Under the pieces are notes generated by a model. It searched no databases, was not told the origin of the DNA, and worked only from the letters and a program-made list of their open reading frames with translations. A program made the translations under genes and the position numbers. Positions 12,816 to 28,012 of a stretch of DNA of 64,000 bases are shown here, in pieces (the first letter of the stretch is position 1; every line of letters begins with the position of its first letter). Source of the stretch: Eledone cirrhosa (lineage: Eukaryota); the NCBI GenBank assembly GCA_964016885.1, contig OZ024742.1, positions 303,428,001 through 303,492,000 of the forward strand, given 5' to 3'.

Positions 12816-15800
12816 ATGACCTCACTCGGAATAGGCAGCATAAATGCGCGTGGTTTGGGGTCGTCATGGAAGCAGGGCCACCTGCTCAACGACTTCAGGT
12901 CACTAAACATAGATGTAGTGGCCATCAGCGAGACCAGAATCTCCGAAGCACGGGCCTTCGCACCGATCTTCGAGGGCTACGATGTGTACACATCTCCCAG
13001 CCGTCCTGGATCGGTTGTGGGGGCGGGGGAAGTTGCTGTGCTTTTTCGGAGAGGTTTGGATCTAGCCATACGGGCCATCTTCCTGGATCCAGAAGGTAAG
13101 TTGGTGGTGCTCGACGTGACCAGCGGAGACGGGCAATCATTCAGACTAGTGGCCATCTATGCCCCTACAGGAGCAGGGCGGCCTGATTTCTTCCGGCGTC
13201 TGGAGACCTCTCTAGGAACGTCCCGCTCTTTAGTCTTAGTGGGCGACTGGAACGGGATCTTAGATGCACGCTGGGACTGTGTGGGGTTAGTGGATAGGGG
13301 AGGAGGGTACAAGAGCCTCACCAACATGCTCAGGCGTTTTGAACTGTCTGACAGGTATCGTCTCGATTTCCCGAATGTGCCAATGTGGACTTGGACAAAC
13401 CGTATCGGGTCATCCAGATCATATCTAGATATAGTATTTTGTAGGGAAATAGATAGGGGTAGCATAGGCTGTCCACAATTCAAGATAGTCAGCTACACGG
13501 GGCACAAAATTCGTGATCTGTGTGTTTGACTAAGATAAGCTTCATAGACGAGGACCCGGCTACTGGAAGATAAACGCGTCCTTACCATGCGCAAGGCCTA
13601 CAGAGACCGGATTAGCGAACTAGTTAAGCGAGCGTTGACGGGGGCCATCGTCAACAACAAGTGGTGGTTTGCTCTGAAAAGAGCCATTAGAATAGAGTCC
13701 ATTAGGTTTAGTAAGGCTTTAGCCATAGAGAAAAATAGAGCAGATGGAGAACTAGTTAGAAAATTAGACGAGGCGCTTAGCAAAGGAATCGTGACCGATT
13801 CTTCAATGCAAAGCACGAAGGCTGCGTTATCAGAGCTAGGGTGCGTGCTCTCAGACTCGTGGGGACGAAAGCCGTTCAATGGGCCCGAGTGGCGGAGGCG
13901 CGTCGTGGCAACAAAGCCACGATCCGGTCTTTGGTGGACACGACAGGCGCATGCTACACGATCCCGGGCAATGTGTGAAGCTCTTCAGCGACACTTCGCT
14001 CAGCTGTTCAGGGGCAGCGGCGTGCCGGAACGAGGGATGGACTTTAGTGTCTACCTCGACGGACTGCCACGGCTCTCGGCCACTGAGGCGGAGTGTTGCG
14101 AAAAGCCGATAACAGCCGCTGAAGTACGGGAAGCTATGACTGGCTGCACAAGGGGTAAATCGCCTGGTTTGGATGGTCTGCCCTATGAACTTTACATACA
14201 GATGCCAGATTTGTTCGGAGGCCTCTTGGCGGACGTCTACTGCAACTGGCAACGGAACGAGAGAATTCCCAGCTCTGTGAGCCGAGGAGCGGTGGCGCTG
14301 CTGAGAAAGGATCCGAACAAGGGGGATAACATAGATAATTTCAGGCCTATAACTCTGCTAAACACAGAGTTCAAGATTTTGGCCAAGGTGCTAGCAAAGA
14401 GGTTGGCGCTTGTCGTTGGTGGTCTGGTGGGAGAGTCGCAGACATGCGCCATTCCAGACAGATCCATCCACGACAACCTCCACCCCATGCGATATATCGT
14501 AGAGAGGGTAGCTAGGGAACCTGGCACGGGTGGGTCCTTGATCAATTTAGATCAGTCGAAAGCTTTCGATAGAGTCGACCATCGCTACCTAGCGGCAGTC
14601 CTGAAGGCGGCTGCCTTTGGGCCCGTCTTCAGAGGCTGGATCGCTGCTATGCACAGCGACATCTGCTCTGTGGTGAGAGTGAATGGTCACTTTTCGGAAC
14701 CGTTCAACATCATGCGTTCGGTCCGACAAGGATGTCCCCTCTCGTCCCTCTTGTACGTATTGACTCTCGAGCCATTACTGCACAAACTGGAGACGTTGAG
14801 GGGCGTCCCGCGCGAACTAGGATTCGGAAGATCCGTGTCAGTTTATGCGGACGATGTCACCGTAGTGGTGTCGAACGCTAAACACATCGAGGCGATCGGC
14901 ACTACACTAAGATAATACGAAGCGGTGACAGGAGCAATGATCAACCAGGAAAAGTCAGTGGGCCTGCAGCTCGGCACCTGGAGAGGCAGGTCCATGCCAT
15001 CCAACAGCGTCGTCGGGCGCTGGACGGACGGGCGGTTAAATTGCTAGGGGTCTGGTTCAATCCGGACCTCCAGACGGACAAAAACTGGGACGAGGTGACG
15101 AGCAGGGTGACTTCTCTCACCCAGAAATGGGCCGAGAGGAAGCTATCCCTGAAAGGTCGAGCGGAGGTGGCTAACGGGTACATTGCGTCCGTCATCTACT
15201 ACCGCCTGACCGTCGTACCTTGTCCTAAGCCCCGCCTGACTGCACTGGAGCGTTTGCTCTTTCGCTTTTTGTGGAATGGACGCGCTCCGATGGTCAGGAG
15301 GTCCATCTGCTGTCAACACCCGCTACGTGGAGTGCTGGCCATGCCGTGGCTGATGATACGCAGACACGCGCTCAGGCCACGACATCTCCACCTCTTCTTC
15401 GACGGTGATCAGGTGTGGTCGCCGTTTGCTAGACATGTCTTTCACCAGCTCGTCTCCTTGACGGAGCTGCAGTCCTGGGTCAAGCGAAGACCGAGAAGGA
15501 GCGCTTGGAGACTGGAATGTCTTCAGGCGTTCACAGCCCTCGACCAATCGGGCAATGTGATCGGTGGAAACTCCACCTTGGCGTTCTATATGGGATTAGT
15601 GGAGGGGAAGAGCGACGACGTACTTGGAGAAACTCTAGGCGTCGACGAAAATCAACTAGCCAATCTCTTCGGAAGGACTTTCGGGCCGGGGCCTATGGAC
15701 AACTTCCAGAAATCCCTGGCCTGGCAGTGCTACCGGGGTGCTTTGCCAGTTCGGGATAAACTTTACAGGCATGGAGGTGCCGTCAGCCGGGCATGTCCGA

Positions 15801-16210
15801 GATGCGCGCAGGGCGACGAAACCGTCCTGCACGCACTCGTCCAGTGTCCGAGCATTGCTGACTTGTGGGTTTATGTCGAACACCTGCTGTCACGTGTAGG
15901 ACGGATCCAGCTATCAGCTGAGTCCATCGTGAGGATTGCCCCACCCCCTTCCTTTAGCCTGGAAGGGCAAGCAGTTTTTATCTGTCTGGTGGCCATGGCG
16001 AAAAAGATAGTATGGTGGACACGTTTGAAAGGGCTGAAGACGAGCACTTACCTCTTCGGTGATGCCCTGATTAACTTTTTCAAATTTCATTTGAAAAGGA
16101 AAATCAGGGTAGAGAGGGAAGTGCTCTCTTCCCAGCATTTTGTTGAAAGATGGGTGAGGGAAGCAAGTATGGCCCGAATGAATGGGCCTTCTCTGAGTAT
16201 GTGTCTGTAA
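12816..16210 (+). pseudogene. LINE ORF2: AP endonuclease, reverse transcriptase and C-terminal CCHC; frameshifted
   Basis: APE motifs SINARGL, ISET, IYAP, GDWN, SYLD. RT motifs KSPGLDG, DQSKAFD, RQGCPLS, YADD. CPRC..ETVLHALVQC at the end. Broken near 13500-13590, 13800-13960, 14913 (TAA) and ~15030. Confidence 0.92.
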
Positions 16211-16452
16211 ATTAAAGGTGGAAAACTGGGAGAGGGCACTTGCCCTGGTGGTCAGGGCCACTGTGGTCTTTTAATGGGCTTTCTCCACAAATGTCCCTTG
16301 GAAGTCTCCCCCCTATTGGGGAATTTTTCTTTGTTATTTTATTTCAACCTCTGTTTTTTTACACGCAGAAATGCCCATTTGTACCGTCCTGTATTGTCCT
16401 GTACTGTCCTTAATGTCTACTTTATGTGAACCCTTGTGGTTAATAAAGAAAA

Positions 16453-16494
<42 letters not shown>

Positions 16495-17029
16495 CCTTAT
16501 TATTATTATTATTATTATTGCTGTTGTTGATGTTACAGTTGTGGTTGCTCATTATTATTTTTCTTACTATTATATTTCACATTTAAATATTTGTTATTCC
16601 TCTCTTTCCTCTTTAGAAATTTGCTATTGTCAATGAATTTCTGAAACTACCGCTATATAAACCAACGATGTCTTCTCATATTACTTGCCCAACGGCATGG
16701 ATTTTTCTCCTCTACCTTATCCGTTTCAATATAGTATTCCTCCTTTGCGCATTCATCCAGTTTTATTCTTTCTCTACTTCTATCTCTGTCTGAAAAAGTT
16801 TCTCTCTTCTAAAACTCATCGCTTTTCTCAATATTATTCTTAACTTAATTCACGAAAACAGACAGGCGCATATACGAATAAACAGACTTCCACATATACA
16901 TACCTAACGAAACGTACATACATGAGTAATGACACACAGTCATACAACTCTCCATATAGGTGTACATACACATTAATGCATGGATATAACCGAATATACA
17001 TTAGATGTAGACATACGTATATATTAATT

Positions 17030-17844
<815 letters not shown>

Positions 17845-17859
17845 CTGTACTGATTGTCC

Positions 17860-17901
17860 ATCCTGATGGGCTCCGAATGTCACAGCGAAACGCTTGTTGA
17901 C
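17860..17901 (+). ncRNA. Decayed type I hammerhead-like motif in a short island between microsatellites
   Basis: ATC-CTGATGG-GCT..AGC-GAAAC-GCTT-GTT-GAC. One core substitution and a weak stem I. Confidence 0.45.
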
Positions 17902-18066
17902 GTTGTTGATAGTATTAATAATGATATTTGCACAGCTGCGTTCATTATTGCTAAATCCCGCCTTCTCTATTTCTGGATTTAGTTGTCATTTCTCAGTCAT
18001 TATTCTCATACACATCTGCGTTTAATGTAAATGCATACAAACAGACACACACTCATACACATACCC

Positions 18067-18122
18067 ATATATATATATATATATATACGTATATATATGT
18101 ATATATATACGTATACATACAT

Positions 18123-18186
<64 letters not shown>

Positions 18187-18359
18187 GTATATATAAACAT
18201 ATACATGCATAATTACACACACTAATATTCTTAGATATACATCCCTCTCTCTCACTCTTTCTCTCTCCTCCTTTCTCTCTTTATATATATATATATACTT
18301 ATATATATATGTTTGTTTAAACTCCCATATACGTGCACACTCGCTTGCGGATACACATG

Positions 18360-18401
<42 letters not shown>

Positions 18402-18426
18402 CAAATGTATATATATATGTATAAAT

Positions 18427-18511
<85 letters not shown>

Positions 18512-18782
18512 TATATACATATATATATACATATATATATATACTGAAACACAGAGACACCACACAGACACACAAATATATGTATATACATATATGTGTA
18601 AATACATATAGAACAATAAATTAAATATTAAAGTTGTACTTACATATATATTTAAATACATGTTGATATAGGGTGTATGTTTATGAATATATTCATAACA
18701 ACATATGTTGGTATGTGTGTAAAACACACAGATTATCATATTTTGTATTGGATTAAAGCATGCACACTTACGTTCTATACAC

Positions 18783-18820
<38 letters not shown>

Positions 18821-18915
18821 GTGTGTGTGTGTGGGGGGGGGGGGTATTTGTGTGTGTGTATGTGTGTGTGTATATATATATGGATATACACACACACACA
18901 AATATATATATATAC

Positions 18916-18970
<55 letters not shown>

Positions 18971-19070
18971 TACATTATATATACACTTATATATATTATA
19001 TATATATTCATTCATTATGTAACTGTTTATATATGTATGTAGATATATATATTTATGTATATATATATTT
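18067..19070. repeat. (TA)n/(CA)n-rich low-complexity region
   Basis: Direct reading. Confidence 0.9.
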
Positions 19071-21184
19071 ACGCATAAAGATAGATAGATAGAGAGAGAG
19101 AAAAAGAAAGAAAAAGAAGGGGGAACATATTTATACATACCTGAACGTTTACAGCTATTTATATATATATTCTGTAAAGATGCATAAGCCATCGTATATG
19201 CGTGTGCGTTTATTATTGCCTCTATGTTTTTCTTCCTTCTTTGTGAGCTTTTTGTATCACGATGCTGAATATCCGTTGATTTCAAAAAGTGCTATATCAT
19301 TATATTATGCAATGCTATTAAATATTTCATTATAGCAATAGTTCCAACGCTGAAGTTTCAGTTAAGCCTGCCAGTGATAATGTACTTGGACTTTATTGTC
19401 GAAGCTAATGTTTATTTTGACGATAGCTTGAACAAAATGGCAAATGTGCGAGATAAATATTTGTGTTTGTCATCCTATGTTTGTCCTGTATTGTTCTGTG
19501 TGTGGGATGCTACGTGTTATATTTGTATTTAGTCTTGGTTGCGGCAGTAGTTCGGGCTACTCAGAAACAAGTTTTAGTTGTAATTCTTTTGTTATTTTCT
19601 TTTTTTCAATGTTTGCCCTGTCTATATAGATATTTGTGCTATGATTGTTTGTCGGTGCAAATTTCCTATATTTTGATGTTGATGTTGTTGTTGCCGTTGT
19701 TGTGGTTAATGTGTATTTCTGTTACTGTTGCATCCCTTTTATCGCTGGTGGTAGCGGTGGTGTCGTATTCATTTCTTTTATGATATTTATTCTAATCAGT
19801 AGATAAAGACTGTTAGAAAGAGATGTGAGGTTCTTCGCTCAATGAACATTTCTGCTTGATAGTTGAGTATTTCTATAGCTGTTGATGTTGCTGCTCCTAT
19901 CGCTTTGTTGAATAACGACGTTGAATTTATTATGGTGGTGTTGGTGATGGTAGTTGTGTTCATGGTGGTGATGATGATTGTATTGGTGGTGGTGGTGACA
20001 GAGGGGTGAGGGGATGATGTGGATGATATTGACACTGTGAATGTGATTAAAGAGGACTATGGGACACACTGGCGGATAAAGGAGGAAAGAAGGCAAGCAA
20101 TTGAATGGGAGATGAAACTGTGGTGTGTGAGATAAATAAAGATGTTCAAATATTCTGAACACAGTGAATTAATACAGAAAGGAAGCCAAATCTAGTGCTG
20201 TCAAAATATATTACCTTGTTTTAATGTTAGGAATCGAAATTGCTTTAAACTCTGACGCTGCAAGATCTTGAGCAAAGGCTTTTAACATTGAGCTTCAATT
20301 TTAGTCACATGTTGAAGCTATTTTCCTTCACTTCCAATATAGATCTTTTAAGTGTTATATATCGACATTAAACACTCCCTTTTCCCACCTCTAGGAACAA
20401 ACATTTAGTGAAAGAGATTCTTAATAATCATTGTTTCTTTACGCTTTTATTGAACACATAGATGTTTCACGTACTAGCCTTAATGTTGATGAAAATTGTT
20501 TGAATTTTGCCATCATCTCATTTTCTTCCTTGCATTATCTACAGAGTATAGATATTCTAAATTTTAGCTGTTCTGTGTGATTCAGTCCTTCTTCGAGTAG
20601 GAAGCTATAATGTATACCAATTGACATGAATGTTTCTGGGTCATGGAGGGATCTAATTGTGAGAAGTTTGCGCTGCTGCTATTCAATTTATCATTGTTTA
20701 GCTAACGTTAACATTTATCAAACATACTTACAATCAAATACCATTCATCTGAGACCACCCAGCATATTTCAACTAGAAATACATTATCCAATATATCATT
20801 ATTTTCCTATCACAGAGAGGTATATATTGAATAATTTTGACTGCTATAGGGCAACTACAGGTGCGCTCTCTCGTTGATGTGATACGTTTATATAAGAATT
20901 CAATATATATAATAAATAAAGTCATTACTGAAAGGTTAGGAAAGAGATGTTAACTATATTATACTCGTAGCATTCTACCTGCCTTCATGTGTGACATATT
21001 TAATGTTAAGTGGACTGAGTCAAAGAGTGATTCTACCCCGACTGTGAGATCAAAATCCTTCAGTTAATAATCCACGCTCCTATCGATTTTGGCAGTTTCG
21101 ACACTGAAACAATGTTTCGGATAAAATGTATTTTCATTAATTTTCACCGTAAATTTTAATTATATTGAAACTATTCAATGGACC

Positions 21185-21525
21185 AACGTTGGTTTCAACA
21201 ATGAGTGATCCAGTTGTGTAAATGACGGAACAACATGTTCATGAAATTAATCTATATGTGACTAAGCATTCTACAGACAAGCATAAATTTAATATATTTT
21301 TCAGGGAGTCACTGAGGGATCCCTTGTGAATCAAAACTGCCCTTTTCGAGTATAAGTACAGTTCATCTGACGAGCCTCCGTACAGTTTCTCTCTAACCAA
21401 CCACACTCAAAGGCATATGTTAATCTGAGGCTATGGTATATGACACTTCACCAAGATACAACAATGTGTGATCGAACCCAGAACCTGATGACTGCGAAGC
21501 AAATCCTATAACCATTTGTCCACTT
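21185..21525 (-). mobile_element. Degenerate tRNA-derived CORE-like SINE
   Basis: Reverse B-box (GATCGAACCC), CORE-like GACACTTCACCAAG, tail resembling 38440-38570 and 43380-43480. Confidence 0.55.
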
Positions 21526-22039
21526 TAGTCATATATTGGACTTTTGACTAGCAAACCCAGTCTCATGTCTAATATATATTCAATTACTTAGTTATCCCTC
21601 TTTACATACTGAGTTGAACTTCACCACAAGCAAATAAACCATTAGATGACGAACATTATGACAATAAACATAAATGGCGTGAATCTACCCTTTTTATAAC
21701 TCAATTGAAATGAAAATGGAGTTGCTTATTTTATAAGAAAACAACCCTTTATAAAGTGTATGTTAAATCACAACAGACTAGAGAACATATGAACATACAA
21801 TTTCAAACGGATCAAAATATCTGAAATCGAAACAGAACAGAAAAATTACATAAAATAAAATTATGAGATAACTAACAACAAACATAAATCTATATCCTTT
21901 TAACCCTAAGCATATCATCCAAAAATGATTGTGATTAATGAAAAAAACGTCTTGATTATGATTTGAGGAGAACTTACACGGGTCAAAATATCAGTAGTAT
22001 TTATCAGCTACACTGCCGCCTCGACCCCCCACCCCCACC

Positions 22040-22366
22040 AAGGATGAAAGGCAAAGTTAACCTCGGCAGGATTTGAACTCAGAACAATAAGTGCCGTAAT
22101 TCTATGCCACTGAACATGCTGTCCAACGATCTACCGATCCTGCCAATCCACAATAATGGTTTCTGTTATAGGCAAAAGGCCAGCAATTTGGGGGAGGGGG
22201 AAATCGATTAAATCGACACCAGTACATTACTGGTACTTTATTTTATCGGCCCGTAAGGATGAAAGGCAAAGTTAACCTCGGCGGGATTTGAACACAGAAC
22301 GTAAAGAGTTGTAACTCTATGCTTCAAGCTATAGCGTCCGACCCTGTACCGATACTGCCAATCCAC
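22040..22366 (-). mobile_element. Two adjacent family A SINE copies (partial 22040-22151, full 22156-22366)
   Basis: Reverse complement of the 7036-7250 element. GGATGAAAGGCAAAGTTAACCTCGGC occurs twice. Confidence 0.85.
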
Positions 22367-22714
22367 AATAATAAAAAAACAATAATGAAGGAGGTGGAGA
22401 TTGAGGCGGACGAGGTAAAGGGAGTAGAAATAGGATGGGGAAATTAGAAGTGGAAAGGCTGAAAATCTAATGAGTGATCATTGTTTTATTTTGTATTACA
22501 GGCTGGCAGTGAATTAATATTACTTCTAATGCTTTCACACAACACAGAATATATTTCTTTAATGAGTTAATTAATAAATGCATAATTTTACGATATCTGT
22601 ATCACATGGCGATAACGATTAATTATATGTAGAGTGTATATATATATATATGTGTGTGTGTATCGTATCTATGTATGTATGTATACACATGTGTATATAT
22701 ATATATATACATAC

Positions 22715-24950
<2,236 letters not shown>

Positions 24951-25368
24951 TACATAAACAACCATATACACACTCACCATGCACACCCAAACACACAGAT
25001 ATATAAATTAACCTTTCACATATTTTATACGCTGTTATCTGATCATAGTTACCATAATCAACTGAGATAAGAGCGATCCAGTTAATTATTGAGAAAATAC
25101 TTGAAAGTTTACATCAATGAGTGGGGAAAAAATCCTTAAATTATTGATTGCTGTCTAGATAGACTTTGTAATCAATATTGATGAATACAAATCACAGTCG
25201 TCTGGGCTAAAGGGTGAACAGGTTGTGTGTGCATGTAGAAATATGCTTTATGATGTCTACAATGACAATTCTGTTAAGCATTAGGTTATGAGCTACTTCT
25301 ATACAAACCTTTAATCTTGATCTCATTTTTTATATTGTTGCTGGAGTATTTCTCTCTCCCCCCTCTCT

Positions 25369-25439
<71 letters not shown>

Positions 25440-25629
25440 CGAAGGAAATGTGGTAAGGAACCAGGTGGACCATACGCACCAAAGTACTCAATACTTGAGA
25501 TAGTAGAGTGATTCCTATATATATATATATATATATCACGATACATTAACGGACCCATAGACTCTCGCCGTTCCCTGTAAATAATGTGCTCAAAGGAGAG
25601 GAAATCCTGGGCACTTTAAAATACAACAC

Positions 25630-25926
25630 GTTGAAAAGGTAACACACTAGAGAGAGATACAGTGCGCCATCAATAAAACAGGGAAAAACCACCAGTGTTT
25701 GGAATCTTTAACCTATGAGAAGCAGAATATAGACACGATAATTAAAAATATAAATTAAAGCGTAAATAAATACCTCTATAACTATATAACACACGTACAA
25801 ATCCAAAGTGATATGTTTCGCCAGTGAGTTGTTGACGGAAATGAAATAACCCAGGTTCATCATTTTTTCCCCCTGTTTTATTGATGGCGCACTGTATATC
25901 TCTCTAGTGTGTTACCTTTTCAACAT
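25630..25926. repeat. Inverted repeat (~60-bp arms) with a possible decayed HHR in the spacer
   Basis: GTTGAAAAGGTAACACACTAGAGAG..GTGCGCCATCAATAAAACAGGG has its reverse complement at 25870-25925. The minus-strand spacer has ATGATGA..CTGGCGAAACATATC. Confidence 0.7.
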
Positions 25927-25948
25927 ATTGTATATATATATATATATA

Positions 25949-26082
25949 TAACGAGGGAAATGTCGTAAGGAACCAGATGGACCATAACGCACCAAAGTAC
26001 TCTATACTTAGGGTAGTAGAGTGGGTAATAGGAACGAGTAGGACCCCAACGGCTGAGCTCAGCCGACGGGGTCCTACTCTTT

Positions 26083-26085
<3 letters not shown>
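25949..26085. repeat. Short (TA)n-embedded repeat ending in a foldback hairpin (family H); other copies 25437-25520 and 41718-41912
   Basis: Shared TAACGA(A/G)GGAAATGT..AAGGAACCAG..GGACCATA..GCACCAAAGTA. Hairpin GAGTAGGACCCC..GGCTGAGCTCAGCC..GGGGTCCTACTC. Confidence 0.8.
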
Positions 26086-26136
<51 letters not shown>

Positions 26137-26449
26137 AACAAACCGAGCATTATAATAAATGTTCGGTAAATCCATACATACATATATATATATATCTGTG
26201 CATGTATGTATATATATACATACTACTGTACGTCTGTAAACATGTATGTATGTACGTATACATTCTTATATTTAAGTAACAGACGTATTAAGAGTGAGAA
26301 ATGAAATTTCCTTTCATTTTTTCCGTTTATCGTTTTTGGGGCGCCCGGCCGATTAACTCACTCGATATGCAAATTAGGCTGCTCAGCCGTTAATATGCAT
26401 AAGGAAAGTATATACTTTAAGACGTTCAATCATCTGGCAGGAAGGTATA

Positions 26450-26490
26450 CGGTGCTGACGATAGCTAATAAGCTTGAAACTAGTACATCG
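26450..26490 (+). ncRNA. Type I hammerhead ribozyme (family R)
   Basis: CGGTG-CTGACGA-TAGCT aata AGCTT-GAAAC-TA-GTA-CATCG. Confidence 0.88.
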
Positions 26491-26985
26491 TTCCTTTGCC
26501 AGTGTTGAACAAAAGGGCAACGATGGTTGCTAAACACTGTACGGCTTAATTCGGGATGTTTGTTTACAAACAAACCGAGCATTATAATAAATGTTCTGTA
26601 AATACATATATGTTTGTTTATAAACAATATATGTTTGTGTACAAACAAACCGAGTATTATAATAAATGTTCGGTAAATCCATACGTACATATATAATAAA
26701 TGTTCGGTAAATCCATACGTACATATATATATGTGTACATCTATGTATATATATACATACTACTGTACGTCTGTATGCATATATGTATGTACGTATAGAT
26801 ACTTATATTAAGTAACAGCCGTACTAAGAGGGAGAAATGAAATTTCGTTTCATTTTTTCCGTTTATCGTTTTTGGTGCGCTCGGCTGATTAACTCACTTG
26901 ATATGCAAATTAGGCTGCTCAGCCGTTAATATGCGTAAGGAAAGTATATACTTTCAGACGTTCAACCATCTGGCAGGAAGGTATA

Positions 26986-27026
26986 CAGTGCTGACGATAG
27001 CTAATAAGCTTGAAACTAGTACATCG
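26986..27026 (+). ncRNA. Type I hammerhead ribozyme (family R)
   Basis: CAGTG-CTGACGA-TAGCT aata AGCTT-GAAACTAGTA-CATCG. One stem I mismatch. Confidence 0.82.
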
Positions 27027-27417
27027 TTCCTTTGCCAGTGTTGAACAAAAGGGCAACGATGGTTGCTAAACACTGTACGGCTTAATTCGGGATGTTTGTT
27101 TACAATCAAACCGATCATTTTAATAAATGTTCTGTAAATCCATACGTACATATATATATATGTGTGCATAAATGTATATATATATACATACTACTGTACG
27201 TCTGTATACATATATGTATGTACGTATACATACTTATATTTAAGTAACAGCCGTACTAAGTGTGCGAAATGAAATTTCGTTTCATTTTTTCCATTTATCG
27301 TTTTCGGTGCGCCCGGCCGATTAACTCACTCGATATGCAAATTATGCTGCTCAGCCGTTAATATGCGTAAGGAAAGTATATACTTTCAGACGTTCAATCA
27401 TCTGGCAGGAAGGTATA

Positions 27418-27458
27418 CGGTGCTGACGATAGCTAATAAGCTTGAAACTAGTACATCG
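27418..27458 (+). ncRNA. Type I hammerhead ribozyme (family R)
   Basis: Identical to 26450-26490. Confidence 0.88.
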
Positions 27459-27724
27459 TTCCTTTGCAAGTGTTGAACAAAAGGGCAACGATGGCTGCTA
27501 AACACTGTACAGCTTAATTCGGGATGTTTGTTTACAAACAAACCGAGCATTATAATAAATGTTCGGTAAATCCATACGTACATATATATATGTGTGCATG
27601 TATGTATATATATACATACTACTGTACGTCTGTATATATATATATATGTATGTACGTATATATACTTATATTTAAGTAACAGCCGTATTAAGACTGAGAA
27701 ATGAAATTTCGTTTCATTTTTTCC

Positions 27725-27788
<64 letters not shown>

Positions 27789-27966
27789 GGATACTATTTA
27801 TAGTTATGTATATATTATACTATATACAACTATAAACAGGTAAGGTCAGTAATTTATTACTACCTTATTACCAGTAAGATAAATAGCTCAATGTAACAAC
27901 ATCATTTGTTATACAGAGCAGTAATATAGAATACACAAGAATCAAAGCTATGATAGAACATTTAAT

Positions 27967-28012
27967 TGCTGACAATTGTTTCTTCCAAGCCAATGCTTTG
28001 TTCTTCGGAGCA
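27967..28012 (-). ncRNA. Hammerhead variant with CCGAAGA core in a PLE pLTR
   Basis: Minus strand: TGCT-CCGAAGA-ACAAAGC attg GCTTGGAA-GAAAC-AATT-GTC-AGCA. Confidence 0.7.

Larger units (their letters stand above)
10950..16520 (+). mobile_element. Near full-length Tx1/L1-clade LINE, copy 2 (ORF1, ORF2, 3' UTR, (TTA)n tail); 5' boundary approximate
   Basis: ORF1 has a CCHC zinc knuckle and ORF2 has APE-RT-CCHC. The 3' UTR is nearly identical to copy 1. AATAAA at 16442, (TTA)n from 16454. Confidence 0.93.
26134..27729 (+). mobile_element. Head-to-tail array of family R units, each with a hammerhead (retrozyme-like), flanked by (TA)n
   Basis: About 3.5 near-identical units. HHRs at 26450, 26986 and 27418; spacing is 536 (internal duplication) and 432 nt. 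Confidence 0.88.

Noticed and set aside
26430-27583. Repeated minus-strand 60-86 aa ORFs (MYVWIYRTF..)
   Set aside because: Antisense to the ribozyme unit, variable in start and stop between copies, and with no recognisable domain.
26134-27729. CRISPR-like or simple satellite interpretation of the tandem array
   Set aside because: The units are ~430 nt and near-identical throughout with no unique spacers. The context is eukaryotic and each unit has an HHR.
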